Positions 22,687 through 34,000 of a DNA stretch of 64,000 bases are shown here, piece after piece. The stretch comes from an uncultured Rivularia sp. (GTDB lineage: Bacteria; Cyanobacteriota; Cyanobacteriia; Cyanobacteriales; Nostocaceae), in assembly GCA_963665115.1 (NCBI GenBank), contig OY762007.1, forward strand, positions 832,001-896,000. Reading direction: 5' to 3'. Position 1 is the stretch's first letter. The number at the start of each line of letters is the position of its first letter. The translations under genes were made by a program, and so were the position numbers. Under the pieces are notes generated by a model. The model was given only the letters and a program-made list of their open reading frames with translations, had not been told where the DNA came from and made no database searches.

Positions 22687-22908
22687 TTAGTCGTCGTAAA
22701 TTTTACACTCATCAGCATCAGGGTTTTCGTCGCAGTACTTCTCTAAAGAATTCTTGGGCTTTGATTGGCGCTGGTGAGAAGCTTCGGCTTGTAATTCTTC
22801 TACTGCATCCCAAGCAGCAGCACACTCAGCGGAGTTATTACCTGAAGTATCGCAGACGGTGCGAGCTTCCTGAAGTTCTTCCTGAATTTTGTCTTTGATG
22901 TCGCTCAT
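22687..22908 (-). CDS. cp12: Calvin cycle protein CP12
   Basis: CAAAWDAVEEL core, N-terminal Cys pair and C-terminal YCDENPDADECKIYDD. Confidence 0.97.
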   Translation of the reverse strand: MSDIKDKIQEELQEARTVCDTSGNNSAECAAAWDAVEELQAEASHQRQSKPKNSLEKYCDENPDADECKIYDD

Positions 22909-23280
22909 AGTTCTTGTTGTGTTAATTGTTCTTAATACAAGTATAGAAAAAGTTCGGCACAAACTGTTTGACAGTTTCCACTATTCTAACTAGTTAGAGC
23001 CATCATTTATGGTGATGTAATAGAACGGCACTATCAACATACAGCAAATATTCTGGCGTACAGAGCCTTCAACTTAAACTTTTAAGATTTTTAGTATAGT
23101 TTCGATTAACATCTATAGAAACAAGTATTAGAGTGGAATAACTACCGGTTTCTAAGATTGACTCACATTGGAAGATAGAACTATAAAATAGTCAACTACT
23201 TTTAGACGTAAATAATGGCTTTGAGCATATAAAAGTAAAAAGTATTAGCTGTCTTCGCATAAAAATATAAAAAGTAATTT

Positions 23281-24490
23281 ATGACAGATAAAATGCAGTG
23301 GAGCAACGCCTTATCAACCCTCCCTTCTCTAGAAGCAGCGATTTCTGAAGTCGTAGAACAAGCTGTAGGGAAGTTATCGCAGAAAGCAAGTTTAGGAATC
23401 GCGTTTATTAGCAGTGCTTTTACCAGCGAGTATTCCCGGTTTTTACCTTTACTCGCACAGCAATTAGATGTGCCCGTACTAATCGGCTGTAGTGGCGGCG
23501 GTGTAATCGGTACAAGCAGTGATGGAGCCGCTCAAGAACTTGAAGATGAACCAGCTTTATCGCTGACTTTAGCTTATTTGCCAGAAGTAAACATTCATCC
23601 GTTTCATGTACTTGCTGAAGAGTTACCCGATTTAGATAGTTCTCCTGATGCCTGGATGGATTTGATTGAACTATCACCAGACGGAACACCCCAATTTATT
23701 TTGCTTTCGGGTAGCGTAGCGAGCGGTATCAACGACTTATTAAAAGGTTTGGACTTTGCCTATCCCGGTTCCGTTACCGTAGGAGGGACAAGCAAGCGGT
23801 GGAATGGGAAATCGCATAGCCTTGTTTTGTAACGACAAGCTGCATACAGAAGGTACTGTCGGAATAGCATTAACTGGCAATATCACCTTAGATACAATCG
23901 TCGCTCAAGGTTGTCGTCCAATCGGTACACCACATCAGATCGGTAAGTGCGATCGCAACATCATCTTAGAAATTGAAGAACAGGTGCCGTTGATTTTATT
24001 GCGGGATTTGATTGCTAGTTTAAATGACGAAGAAAAAATCCTGGCTCAAAACTCATTATTCGTCGGTGTAGCGATGAGTGAATTTAAACAAGATTTACAG
24101 CAAGGAGACTTCTTAATCCGTAACATCCTTGGAGTCGATCCATCCGCAGGGGCGATCGCCGTAGGAGACTACCTGCGTCCCGGACAGCGCCTACAATTCC
24201 ACCTCCGCGATGCTCAAACTTCCGCTCAAGATTTAGAATTTTTACTCAACAAATATCAACAAGAACAAGCCAATAAATCATCTCCGGTAGGTGCTTTAAT
24301 GTTTTCCTGCTTGGGTAGAGGTGAAGGACTTTATAGAAAACCAAACTTTGATTCCCAATTATTCCAACAGTACGTCAAAGATATACCTTTAGGAGGATTT
24401 TTCTGCAACGGTGAAATCGGCCCCGTAGGTGAGAGTACTTTCGTTCATGGTTTTACCTCCGTTTTTGCGATTTGCCGTACTAGGGAATAG
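23281..24490 (+). CDS. FIST N/C domain signal-transduction protein, split by a +1 frameshift at the G-run 23785-23787
   Basis: IGCSGGGVIG, VAQGCRPIG, FSCLGRG and GFFCNGEIGP motifs; removing one G gives VGGQASGG. Confidence 0.9.
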
Positions 24491-24567
24491 GGGATGGGTA
24501 GATGGGGTAGAGGGGGTAGAGGGGGTAGAAAATTTTTATTAACTCCTAACTCTTAACTCCTAACTCT

Positions 24568-25668
24568 TCAAAGCAACAACGTTGAATGATTATCAATAAA
24601 AGTCCGATGCCCATCGGGAGTCATGGCGCTATATTTCTCGAAGTGCTGGCGTAGTTTTTCGGGAAATTCGGGAAATTCAAGGAATGCATCTCCAGCAGCT
24701 ATATTTGCCCAGAAACTTCGTAATGTCGGTGCTAATTCTTCTGCTTTGTCTTGGGGAAGATTTAGTGGAGGTAAAGTTAGCAGTTTGACTATAAATGGAA
24801 AACTGCGATCGCACATCCATTGACGGGAACTTTGCTGTAAGTCAGGGAAGTTAGAAACAGATTCTACTTTACGAGATAATATTTGCAACTTACTTTCTCC
24901 GCAATTATCCTGACGATATTCCAACATTCTGTAGGGATGTGGATAGCTAACTAAGGAACCTGTAGTGATATCGTATACATTATCCTGACAAGCTATATCC
25001 TGAATATGTAAATGCCCAGTAAAGACTAACTGAACTTTGTAGCGTCGAAGAATTTGTAATAGCTCCGGTGCATTATCTAACATATAGCGGCTTGCCATCG
25101 GATGACGCGCTTGATTTGGCAAATGCTCGACTACATTATGATGAACCATCACCAGAATTAATTCATCGTTAGATACTGCTAAAACCTCTTCTAACCAGCG
25201 TAACTGCTCGCTATCTAAATGGCCTATCTGATTACCTTTATCATCAAAGTTATTAGAATTAAGAGCAATTAACCTAACATTGGGTAGTAATTCACAGGTA
25301 TAGTAAAGCTGTGAACTATCTTCATAGCCAAATTTACGGTAAAACCGAGGAAAATCCTTAAAAGCAATCGATTGCTCGTTAGCATTTAGAACCGGAACAT
25401 CATGATTGCCAGGTATAACATAAGTAGGAAAAGGCAGTTTTGCCAAACGTTCTTGCAACCAAGTATGATTTTCTGGTTCGCCGTGTTGAGTTAAATCTCC
25501 TGGTAGTAAAAGAAAATCTAAATCTAGTTGTGTTAAATGTTCTAAAACACTTTCAAAAGCCGGAATACTAACTTCCACTAAGTGAAAGCGACTCGGATGA
25601 TCCCAGATAGTATGGGGAAGCGCAACGTGTAAATCGCTGGCGATCGCAAAACGAAAATTTAGACTCAT
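24568..25668 (-). CDS. Calcineurin-like metallophosphoesterase
   Basis: SDLH, GDLT, PGNHD, HH and GHLH metal-binding motifs. Confidence 0.92.
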   Translation of the reverse strand: MSLNFRFAIASDLHVALPHTIWDHPSRFHLVEVSIPAFESVLEHLTQLDLDFLLLPGDLTQHGEPENHTWLQERLAKLPFPTYVIPGNHDVPVLNANEQSIAFKDFPRFYRKFGYEDSSQLYYTCELLPNVRLIALNSNNFDDKGNQIGHLDSEQLRWLEEVLAVSNDELILVMVHHNVVEHLPNQARHPMASRYMLDNAPELLQILRRYKVQLVFTGHLHIQDIACQDNVYDITTGSLVSYPHPYRMLEYRQDNCGESKLQILSRKVESVSNFPDLQQSSRQWMCDRSFPFIVKLLTLPPLNLPQDKAEELAPTLRSFWANIAAGDAFLEFPEFPEKLRQHFEKYSAMTPDGHRTFIDNHSTLLL

Positions 25669-25977
25669 TGAAGTAAATTAATCTGATACAAAGATGTAAA
25701 AAGCTTCTTTTGAACTAGAGTATAACGTTTGAAAGCGAATGAAGCATAGGAATATTCTTGGTTTAATATTTGTAAATATTTGGCGAAAAGGTGAGAGAGT
25801 TGAGAGTTATAAGTTAGGAGTTATAAATTAGGAGTTAAGAGTTAGGAGTTATTAGATCGCTCTTAGGTAGCAAGATAGCGGACATTACGGAAATTAATTG
25901 AAATCACCATGAAAACTATTTGCTTCTAACTATTCACTGGTAACTGATTACTGTTCACTGTTTATTGCTCACTGTTT

Positions 25978-26616
25978 ATGAATCGCGTTCGAGTTCGTCA
26001 GCACGTTAATCCTTTAGGAATAAGATATCAAGCACCAATCGATCCAATTGATTGGGAAAAGATTTATGTAAATCCAAATCAACCTTTACTTTTAGATATT
26101 GGTTGTGCGAGGGGTCAATTTTTAATAGAAATGGCGCAGTTAGAACCCAACTGTAATTTTCTGGGTTTAGAAATTCGCGAACCTTTGGTGGAAGCAGCCA
26201 ATAAAATACGCTCGGAATTAGGATTGACTAATTTACACTATATTTTTTGTAACGCGAATACTTCATTAAAGCCAATTTTATCTTCCTTTCCACAAGGAAT
26301 TTTACAGCGAGTGACAATTCAATTTCCAGATCCTTGGTTTAAGAATCGTCACGCAAAAAGGCGCGTTGCACAACCGGAATTAGTGACAGAATTAGCAGAT
26401 TATCTCGCACCAGGGGGAACGGTATTTTTACAATCGGACGTTAAATTTGTCGAGATAGAGATGTGCGAACGTTTTGAAGAGAATCCTGCTTTTCACAGAC
26501 AAAGCAAAGAATGGTTAGCAGAAAATCCCTTACCAGTTGCAACGGAACGAGAATTATTTACATTACAAAAGAACGAACCCGTTTATCGTGCAGTATTTGA
26601 AAGAGTAATGCTGTAG
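25978..26616 (+). CDS. trmB: tRNA (guanine-N7)-methyltransferase
   Basis: [20 protein letters not shown] and [10 protein letters not shown] motifs. Confidence 0.96.
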   Translation: MNRVRVRQHVNPLGIRYQAPIDPIDWEKIYVNPNQPLLLDIGCARGQFLIEMAQLEPNCNFLGLEIREPLVEAANKIRSELGLTNLHYIFCNANTSLKPILSSFPQGILQRVTIQFPDPWFKNRHAKRRVAQPELVTELADYLAPGGTVFLQSDVKFVEIEMCERFEENPAFHRQSKEWLAENPLPVATERELFTLQKNEPVYRAVFERVML

Positions 26617-26638
26617 AGACGTAGCAGTGCTACGTCTC
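26613..26638. repeat. REP-like palindrome family GTAGAGACG…CGTCTCTAC
   Basis: gtagagacgtagcagtgctacgtctc here; related copies at ~44131-44160, ~58362-58386, ~60563-60589 and ~60777-60803. Confidence 0.8.
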
Positions 26639-26680
26639 CCAGTATTTAGATTTATTTTTAAAAATTGAAAAATTGGTGAA

Positions 26681-27217
26681 ATGGAATTAGGAGTTAAGAA
26701 TTTTGAAAATGTAGAACAAGCTTACGAATTTTTAAAGCAACTCGATGCACCACCAAGGTTAATTCGTCATGTTTGTTTAGTTGGTGAAGCTGCCGATTTA
26801 TTAATTCAAAAGTTTAATCGAATGAACGTTGATTTTGATGAAAAATTTGTTCGTTTGGGAGTAGCATTTCACGATACAGGCAAAATTATTCATTCTCAAG
26901 AACTTGTTTCTCCAGGTAATCAGCACGAAGCAGATGGAGAAAAACTATTAATTAGTAAAGGTGTAAGTTCTAAAATAGCTAGATGCTGTCTTTCTCATGC
27001 ACGATGGAAAACGATGGAATGTTCTCTTGAAGAATTGATAATTGCTTTGGCCGATAAACTTTGGAAAGGTAAGCGAGAAATTGATTTAGAAAAAGCAGTT
27101 ATTGAAAGGATATCTAAATTAATTGATCGAGATTTTTGGGAATTATTTATTGAATTAGATTCGCACTTTGAAACCATTGCTTCTCTTGGTGAAGAAAGAC
27201 TAGCTAGAAGCTTGTAA
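26681..27217 (+). CDS. HD-domain protein
   Basis: RH…V, FHDTGK, H…H and ADKLWKG motifs. Confidence 0.85.
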   Translation: MELGVKNFENVEQAYEFLKQLDAPPRLIRHVCLVGEAADLLIQKFNRMNVDFDEKFVRLGVAFHDTGKIIHSQELVSPGNQHEADGEKLLISKGVSSKIARCCLSHARWKTMECSLEELIIALADKLWKGKREIDLEKAVIERISKLIDRDFWELFIELDSHFETIASLGEERLARSL

Positions 27218-27308
27218 GTTATTTTAATCTTTAATCAAGCTCATTCTACTGAAATTAGATTGTAGGGTGTGCTGTCATGGAGTGCAACGCATCGCGATTA
27301 GCCTAGAT

Positions 27309-27430
27309 AACCGCCTCGGTTGGCAATTCCAAGGCTTATATACAAAGTACGTTAAAACGCACTAAAGTCCTTGCTCAGTCTGATTTATCAGACTTTGTAT
27401 ATTAGCCTAAGAATTTATTCTAAGGCGGTT
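27309..27430. repeat. ~120-bp inverted-repeat (MITE-like) element
   Basis: aaccgcct/aggcggtt ends, tatacaaagt/actttgtata inner arms and an agtctga/tcagact hairpin; the right half recurs at 47926-47980. Confidence 0.75.
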
Positions 27431-27777
27431 TACGAAGCCTCTCGCTAGCGATAGCCAAAGCTTGGCATATAGAATAATTTCCCGAATATTGCCGATTACA
27501 ATACGATGCGCTGTTTAATTAAAGTGGCGATCGCCGGATCTTTTCCCATCGCGGATGAAGCACTTACGTAAATTGGCTAGGATGGAAGAGTCGTAAAATA
27601 TGTTTTGAAATACTTTTTGAAGAAGACATCGTGATGATTTTTTCGTGATGTTTTGGTTAATCATCAATAAATTTCAATATGTCAAGTAGCAATAGTTTAT
27701 TTTTATTATGAATTATGTAAGATAAAGATAAATTTTTAGCTTAGGGATAGTTAAGTTTGACTCGGCACAGAAAAATA

Positions 27778-27791
27778 GTATTGTAAACTAC
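27778..27791. promoter_or_regulatory. Possible NtcA box
   Basis: GTA-ttgtaaac-TAC (GTA-N8-TAC) ~130 bp upstream of the TPR gene; no clean TAN3T at the canonical spacing. Confidence 0.3.
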
Positions 27792-27923
27792 ACAAAGTTA
27801 TAAAGATTTGTCAGTATCTAATTTAAAGCAAAAGATTAAAAGTGAGTGAATTACTGTATTTTAAGGTAAATTTGTGCGAGATTAGACTTACATAGATACT
27901 CTGATACTAAAAAAATAAACCTC

Positions 27924-28394
27924 ATGGATTCTTTATTTATCAACTCGTTACTTGAAGATTTGAAAAACCCGGATGAGGTAGTGCGTGAAGAAGCAACTCG
28001 CAAATTGTGGCGCTTATGGTTTCAGCAAAAGGGAGTTTACGGGTTAGAAAAAATCGAAGCTAGTCAAAAGTTATTAGATGCAGGCAAAATTACCGAAGCT
28101 GAAGAAATGCTGACGCAATTGATTGAAGCACAACCCGACTTTGCCGAAGCTTGGAATCGTCGTGCATTTCTGTACTACACGAATAACGAGTACGAAAAGT
28201 CTTTAGCCGATACCCAAGTAGCAATAGAACTTAATCCGCTACATTTCGGCGCACTTCACGGCATGGGCTTGTGTTATGCAGCTTTAGGAGAGTACGCAAG
28301 AGCAATAAATTCTTTTCAGCGTGCTTTAGCAATTCAGCCTTATTCTCTAATAAATCAGAAGTTGATTTTGGAATGCACGCTTAGAGTCAGTTAA
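27924..28394 (+). CDS. Tetratricopeptide repeat protein
   Basis: PDFAEAWNRRA and NPLHFGALHGMG TPR motifs. Confidence 0.9.
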   Translation: MDSLFINSLLEDLKNPDEVVREEATRKLWRLWFQQKGVYGLEKIEASQKLLDAGKITEAEEMLTQLIEAQPDFAEAWNRRAFLYYTNNEYEKSLADTQVAIELNPLHFGALHGMGLCYAALGEYARAINSFQRALAIQPYSLINQKLILECTLRVS

Positions 28395-28637
28395 AAGCGC
28401 ATAAATAAAGCTGTATTTAAGTTGGCTGCATTGGATAAATTCTTATTTGTGCCGACTTATTTAGAGGGGGAATTATTTTTTATTCGTAGATGGAGGAATA
28501 AATTTATAATGTGATTTACGATTAATTTGCCTATAACTACGTTTAAGTTAAAAATAATAAAATTTTAATTTTTAGACGAAAATGCCCATAATAAATATTC
28601 CCTTTTAAATTTAAAGGTAAATTACAACTTATGACGA

Positions 28638-28709
28638 TAGCTTGGGTTAAGCGCACGAAAAATAAGATTGCGCTCTAACCCAAAATTTGCGCCCTGGATA
28701 TTTTGTAAT
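28638..28709 (+). repeat. REP-like repeat, left copy flanking hicBA
   Basis: tagcttgggttaagcgca…taagattgc…taacccaa…tttgc…cctggatattttg, repeated in the same orientation at 29299-29391. Confidence 0.8.
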
Positions 28710-28765
28710 ATTATTCACGAACACTAAATTCAACATTTAATGTATTAACGTAAAATTTAGCATTT

Positions 28766-28951
28766 TTAAGGTGAAAAAATTTCTAAATCTTTACAAATAT
28801 TTTTAACTAAAATATCAACAATCTCACTATGTCTGGGAATTGCGGATGTTCTATTATTAGAAGGATTATAGTAAATTGTATGCTTGCCACCTTCTCGCAG
28901 AAAAAGACACCCATTTTCTTCTAAATGACGAATCAGTTTACGTCTTTTCAC
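28766..28951 (-). CDS. hicA: HicA-family toxin (mRNA interferase)
   Basis: 61 aa, MKRRKLIRHL…REGGKH…IPRH…ICKDL; GTG start overlaps the hicB TAG stop. Confidence 0.92.
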   Translation of the reverse strand: MKRRKLIRHLEENGCLFLREGGKHTIYYNPSNNRTSAIPRHSEIVDILVKNICKDLEIFSP

Positions 28952-29172
28952 TAAATCTTGACTGTAATTGCTTCACGAATAACATTTTTACCTAAAATTT
29001 GTTGCTCTGCAAGTTCTCGATTTGATAATAAAATAAGTTCGATAGCCTCCTGCAAGCTTTCCCTTGCTGCTTCTAAAGTTATTTCTTGTACATTAGCACC
29101 GGGTAATTCTTGGACGTAACCAATATACCAATCGTCTACTTTTTCAAATACTGCGGTAAAAGAATTTTCCAT
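28951..29172 (-). CDS. hicB: Short HicB-family antitoxin without a DNA-binding domain
   Basis: 73 aa, FTAVFEK…WYIGYVQELPGANVQ…TLEAARESLQEAI. Confidence 0.92.
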   Translation of the reverse strand: MENSFTAVFEKVDDWYIGYVQELPGANVQEITLEAARESLQEAIELILLSNRELAEQQILGKNVIREAITVKI

Positions 29173-29297
29173 CTATGTTAATTTATACAGGTAAACTTAT
29201 AATATTGGTTATTGTATTTCAACCAAATATTATTAATAAATAGAGTTTTGTTTTCAATTAAAGATTGAAACTCTAATATTATTTTATATTCTAACTA

Positions 29298-29487
29298 GTA
29301 GCTTGGGTTAAGCGCATGAATAATAAGCGTTTCATACATAAAATTAAGATTGCTCTGTAACCCAACATTTGCAGCCTGGATATTTTGCAATCTTGTTATT
29401 CCCGAGCATGATGTTGAGTTAGGACACTTTGGGAATCAAGTTTCTCGTTACAGATGTATTTTCTCAATCCTGTCTAAGCCAACCTAC
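29298..29487 (+). repeat. REP-like doublet (REPIN-like), right flank of hicBA
   Basis: gtagcttgggtta…aacccaacat followed by an inverted partner atgttgagtta…aagccaacctac; another inverted family member at 36416-36485. Confidence 0.75.
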
Positions 29488-29822
29488 AAGCTACAGACTT
29501 CATATAAATATACATATCATCAAGGCTGCCATTCTCCGCATATAGCCTACTAGTAACATAAACTACCTATTTTTTTGTGAGAAAAGAAAATCAAGCCGTA
29601 TTAATACTGACTTTTTGCGAGTAAAATATGCTTAAATATCTCAGTACCGTATTGCTAAGAATATTTACTTAAATACCTTACGATGCATCGTAAAGGTTTT
29701 TAATATTTTTGTCTTGTGCTTTCCTGTTGTCTTGTTGTAATACAAGGCTTTGAGTGCGATTTTCCTAGAAATGGCAAGGGTAAAGGGTGACACTGTTTTA
29801 ATTCATAAGGAAGTTCTAGGCG

Positions 29823-31055
29823 ATGGCTTTTCTCCACCTCAACAAAAAATCATTCAAGTTTATAACAGCGACTTTCTTCGTATCCTCAAGCTGTTTTTTC
29901 GGTAATAGCGCATTTTCTCAAACTAGCAATGCGTCTACAGAAAATTATCCAACACAGATTCGTTTGGGAATTCGCACTACTTCCTCTGCGATTGGAAGCA
30001 AAAATATAGATGGTAGCTATGGTGGCTTCTGCGGAGAATTTTTGAAAACATTAGAGCAGGAATTAAGCAGACAAAACCAAAAAATCCCAGTCATAGCGCT
30101 AGATATAGCCAATCAGTATCGAGGAAGAGAATATCCTCGATATGACGGACTTATAAGTAATAAAGTTGAAATTGAATGTGGTCCTAATTCTACATCTTCA
30201 CTTAAATTGAAAGATACACGAGATAAAAAACCTTTCAGAGACAAGATAATATTTTCTAGAAGCAATTTTCATACTACCGGCATAAAGTTACTTTTAAAGA
30301 AAGAAACGGCAGAAGAATTACATAATACACCTCTAAAGCAGTTAGAAAATAAGCTTTCTACATTACGAATAGCTGCAATCAAAGGTACAACAACCTTCAA
30401 AGAATTTAGAGTTAATAGAAATTTCTATAATAGTTTCGTTTTCTATCCTAAGAGAAAGCAAGCTAATCAAAAATTAGATGTTCGAGATTTTGCCTTAGAT
30501 GATTTAGAGGCAGGTAAAGTCAAAGCATTTGCCAGCGATGCAATTATATTGCGAACTCTTTTGGAGAAAGGAGTTAAAGGTGAAGTTGGATATAGAAAAG
30601 ATAGACAACCGTTGAAAAATCAAAATTACGTTATATATCCTCCAGAGCCAGGTAAATATCTACCCAACCTAGAAAAACAACAATATGCGATCGCAATTAA
30701 TAAGAATACACAGTATGCCCGATGGCTGAGAAAAACAATAGACAAAGTTTTGAGCAATGCTAGTTTAAATCAAGCCAAACAATATATAAAAGAATACGAG
30801 AATGGGAAAGATACTTTATTAACTCAACTACCAACTCAAGCAGTTAAACCACCTCAAGCAACTGAAGCTGTTGAAACAACTGAAGATATTGAAGCAGTTG
30901 AAGCATCGGATCGAACAAAGAGTAATAAAAAGGATAATCCATTGTCAGATCCCAACGTTGTCATTGCTTTGATTACTGCACTATCAACCGCAGTACCAGC
31001 AATATTACTCGGATACTGGCAACATGGTAAAAAGGATAACGCAAAAAGTGAATAA
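29823..31055 (+). CDS. Extracellular solute-binding protein (amino-acid SBP family 3-like) with a C-terminal membrane anchor
   Basis: Signal peptide; GFCGEF, IECGPNS, GTTT and AFASDAIIL motifs; Pro/Thr/Glu linker then a hydrophobic helix and basic tail. Confidence 0.75.
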   Translation: MAFLHLNKKSFKFITATFFVSSSCFFGNSAFSQTSNASTENYPTQIRLGIRTTSSAIGSKNIDGSYGGFCGEFLKTLEQELSRQNQKIPVIALDIANQYRGREYPRYDGLISNKVEIECGPNSTSSLKLKDTRDKKPFRDKIIFSRSNFHTTGIKLLLKKETAEELHNTPLKQLENKLSTLRIAAIKGTTTFKEFRVNRNFYNSFVFYPKRKQANQKLDVRDFALDDLEAGKVKAFASDAIILRTLLEKGVKGEVGYRKDRQPLKNQNYVIYPPEPGKYLPNLEKQQYAIAINKNTQYARWLRKTIDKVLSNASLNQAKQYIKEYENGKDTLLTQLPTQAVKPPQATEAVETTEDIEAVEASDRTKSNKKDNPLSDPNVVIALITALSTAVPAILLGYWQHGKKDNAKSE

Positions 31056-31071
31056 GAAAATGGGGGTGTAT

Positions 31072-34000
31072 CTAAACAGTTACGCCTTCCAATTCCTCAT
31101 CAGCTAACTCATACATCTCGCGTAACTTCTGCAACTTATCTTCACTAGCATCCCAAAAACCTCTTCCGTGGGCTTCTAACATTCTACTTACAATATTTTT
31201 AAACGCTTCTGGATTGGCTTTCCTCAATTTTTCCGCCATTTCAGGATCTAAAGCATAAGTATCGACTGCTTGGTCGTATACCCAATCATCCGTAAAATCC
31301 GCAGTACCGCCCCAGCCAATCAACGCTGTCATTCGTTGCGATACTTCAAAGGCACCACCACTACCTTGATTCACCATCGCTTCCGCCCATTTGGGATTTA
31401 ATAACTTGGTGCGATATTCCATCCGCAATAAATCATCTAAGTCGCGGGGGGTAGTATCTTTAGAAAAACTTTCCACAAAGCTCGCTTTAACCTTTTTTCC
31501 ACCTTGTTTTTCCGCAGCTTTCTTCAAACCGCCAGTATTGCCGTAGTATTCTTGAATATCAGTCAAACCGTATTCCACCGAGTCAATTTCTTGGACAATT
31601 TGACTGGTATTTTGCAAAAGTTGGTTTAACACTTCCGGGCGTGCTTTCCCTTTATCTTCTCTTCCATAACTAAACACATTCCGACTTTGCCAAGTATTCG
31701 CTAACTCATCGCCCGATTCCCAATTACCATCAACAACTCGATCGTTTACCAGCGAACCAAAATCACCCGCAGGATTAGAAAATAATCTTGCTGAAGTATT
31801 CTCAACACCTTTTTCTTTTAACTCCAAAGCGTGCTTGCGAATGAAATTTTGATCTAAAGGTTCATCTTTATCCGCAGCACGTTGAAATAAATCGTCCAAC
31901 AACTCAATAATATTTACAAAACTATCGCGGAAAATCCCTGAAAGATTAGCCAAAACATCAATCCGGGGATGCCCAACCTCAGAAGCAGGTTTTAATTCAT
32001 AACGAACAATTCTTCCCGTACCTTCCTTCACAGGTTCCGCACCCACTAACTCCAATAAAATACCTAAAGATTCGCCCTTTGTTTTGATAGCATCCAATCC
32101 CCACAACATTACCGCTACCGTCTCCGGATAGCTGCCGTTTTCTTGTAAATGCTGCTCAATAATCTTCTTAGCAACCTCCCTTCCTCTTTCATAAGCAGCA
32201 GGAGAAGGCATTCTGTAGGGATCTAAAGCATGAATATTTCTTCCCGTCGGTAACACGCCAGCACCATCCCGCAACAAATCCCCCCCCGGTGCAGGTGGAA
32301 TATATTCGCCATTCAAACCCCGTAATAAATTCGTTAACTCATCCGTACTTTGCATCAACAAATCTTGAATTTTCTCTTCCTCTTCCCCACGTTGCAAACT
32401 TTTCTCCGATGTCGAGAGAGGCTTTAAAGTCTTTGAGTTTCTCCGGGGGCTGGGGGGTTAGGTTTTTCGTTGACTCCTCCCCAAAATAAGCATCCAAATA
32501 AGACTTCATCTGCTCCTGATTTGGTGCTTTCCCCAAAATATGTAACCCAGAAGAAAACAACCGATTTTCCAAAACCTGCAAATATTCGTACAGCTTCACC
32601 AAATAATCGTTAAAAGCATTTTGGCTAAACATTCCGATATTTTCAGGTGTAAACTCAATTCCCAACTTCTTCGCTTCCTCAAACGGACAATCAGCATCCA
32701 ATCCAGAATCAACAATTTTTTTGCAAATCCCTTCTTTAACTACATAATTCTTTTGCGGATCTTCCCGATACTCCGCAATTAAATCCCGTAGCTCAGCCGT
32801 CAACTTATACAAACCCGCACGTCCGTAAGGTGGTACGTTGTGAGAAATCAACACCCCATAACCGCGACGCTTCGCCAAAATCGACTCCGAAGGATTATTC
32901 GCGGCATAAATGTATAGATTGGGTAAATCACCAAGTAAAATATCCGACCAAGAATAACCAGTATTGCCCAAAGGCGATCCGGGCAACCATTCCACAGTGC
33001 CATGCATTCCAAAATGAACCAGCGCATCGGCAGCAAACTCATTTTGCAACCACTTGTAATAAGCAGCATACTGGGGATGCGGCGTTAAATCGCGTTCAAA
33101 CATCAACCGCATCGGGTCCCCTTGAATCCCTAATGGTGGTTGAACTCCTATCCAAACATTGCCTAATTGGATACCGCCAACATGAAACTCATCCCCGTAG
33201 GTTTTGATACCGGAACCCGTCAGCGATTTCCACTGCTTTTCAACGCGGGTTGTTTGGAGGTATCCCAGCCATTTTTCCAAAGTTCTGACATTTACAGCTA
33301 CATTTTCGGGGTGCAATTCGTCCGCTTCTTTCACCAAACGAATCAATTCTTCCCCATCTTCCGGTAATTCTCCAACGTTGTAACCTTGTTCTTTTAAAGC
33401 GTGGAGAAATTTCAATAAGCTGCGGGGTACATTTAATAAAGCAGCCGTACCCGTCGCACCGTATCCCGGTGGAAAACCGTAGAGAATAACCGCAATTTTG
33501 CGCTCAGAGACAGGTGTTTGTCTGAGATTAACCCAACTTTTTACCCTACCAATTAATCTTTGTACCCTTTCCGGAACCAAGTAAATATCTTCTCCTACCA
33601 AACCACCGAGAGCAACCGTGTCAATCGCTCCATCTAATTCCGGCAATGAGTATAAAACAACACTTTGTAAACCGCCAATACCTTGACGAGTCCAGGAATG
33701 AATATCTTGAATTAATAAAGGTGCGGCAACAATATAAGGGACATTTTTCGCAGAGAGAATTCCCTTAGCAATATCTACCTGTCTTCCCGCTTCCATAGAG
33801 CCTGCGGGACCTCCCACCAAGGGGAACCCGATGGTAGAAATAATTGCATCGACTTTTCCAGCTTCCGGGGAAAGAGAAAGAGTTTCTTTATTACCTTGTT
33901 CCCGTTGTTGAGTTTCATAATCCGTAGTCATCCAATCGCGGACGGCAACGTGTCCTTCTACACCGTTGATGAATATCGGTACGGGAATTAAACCAGCTTC

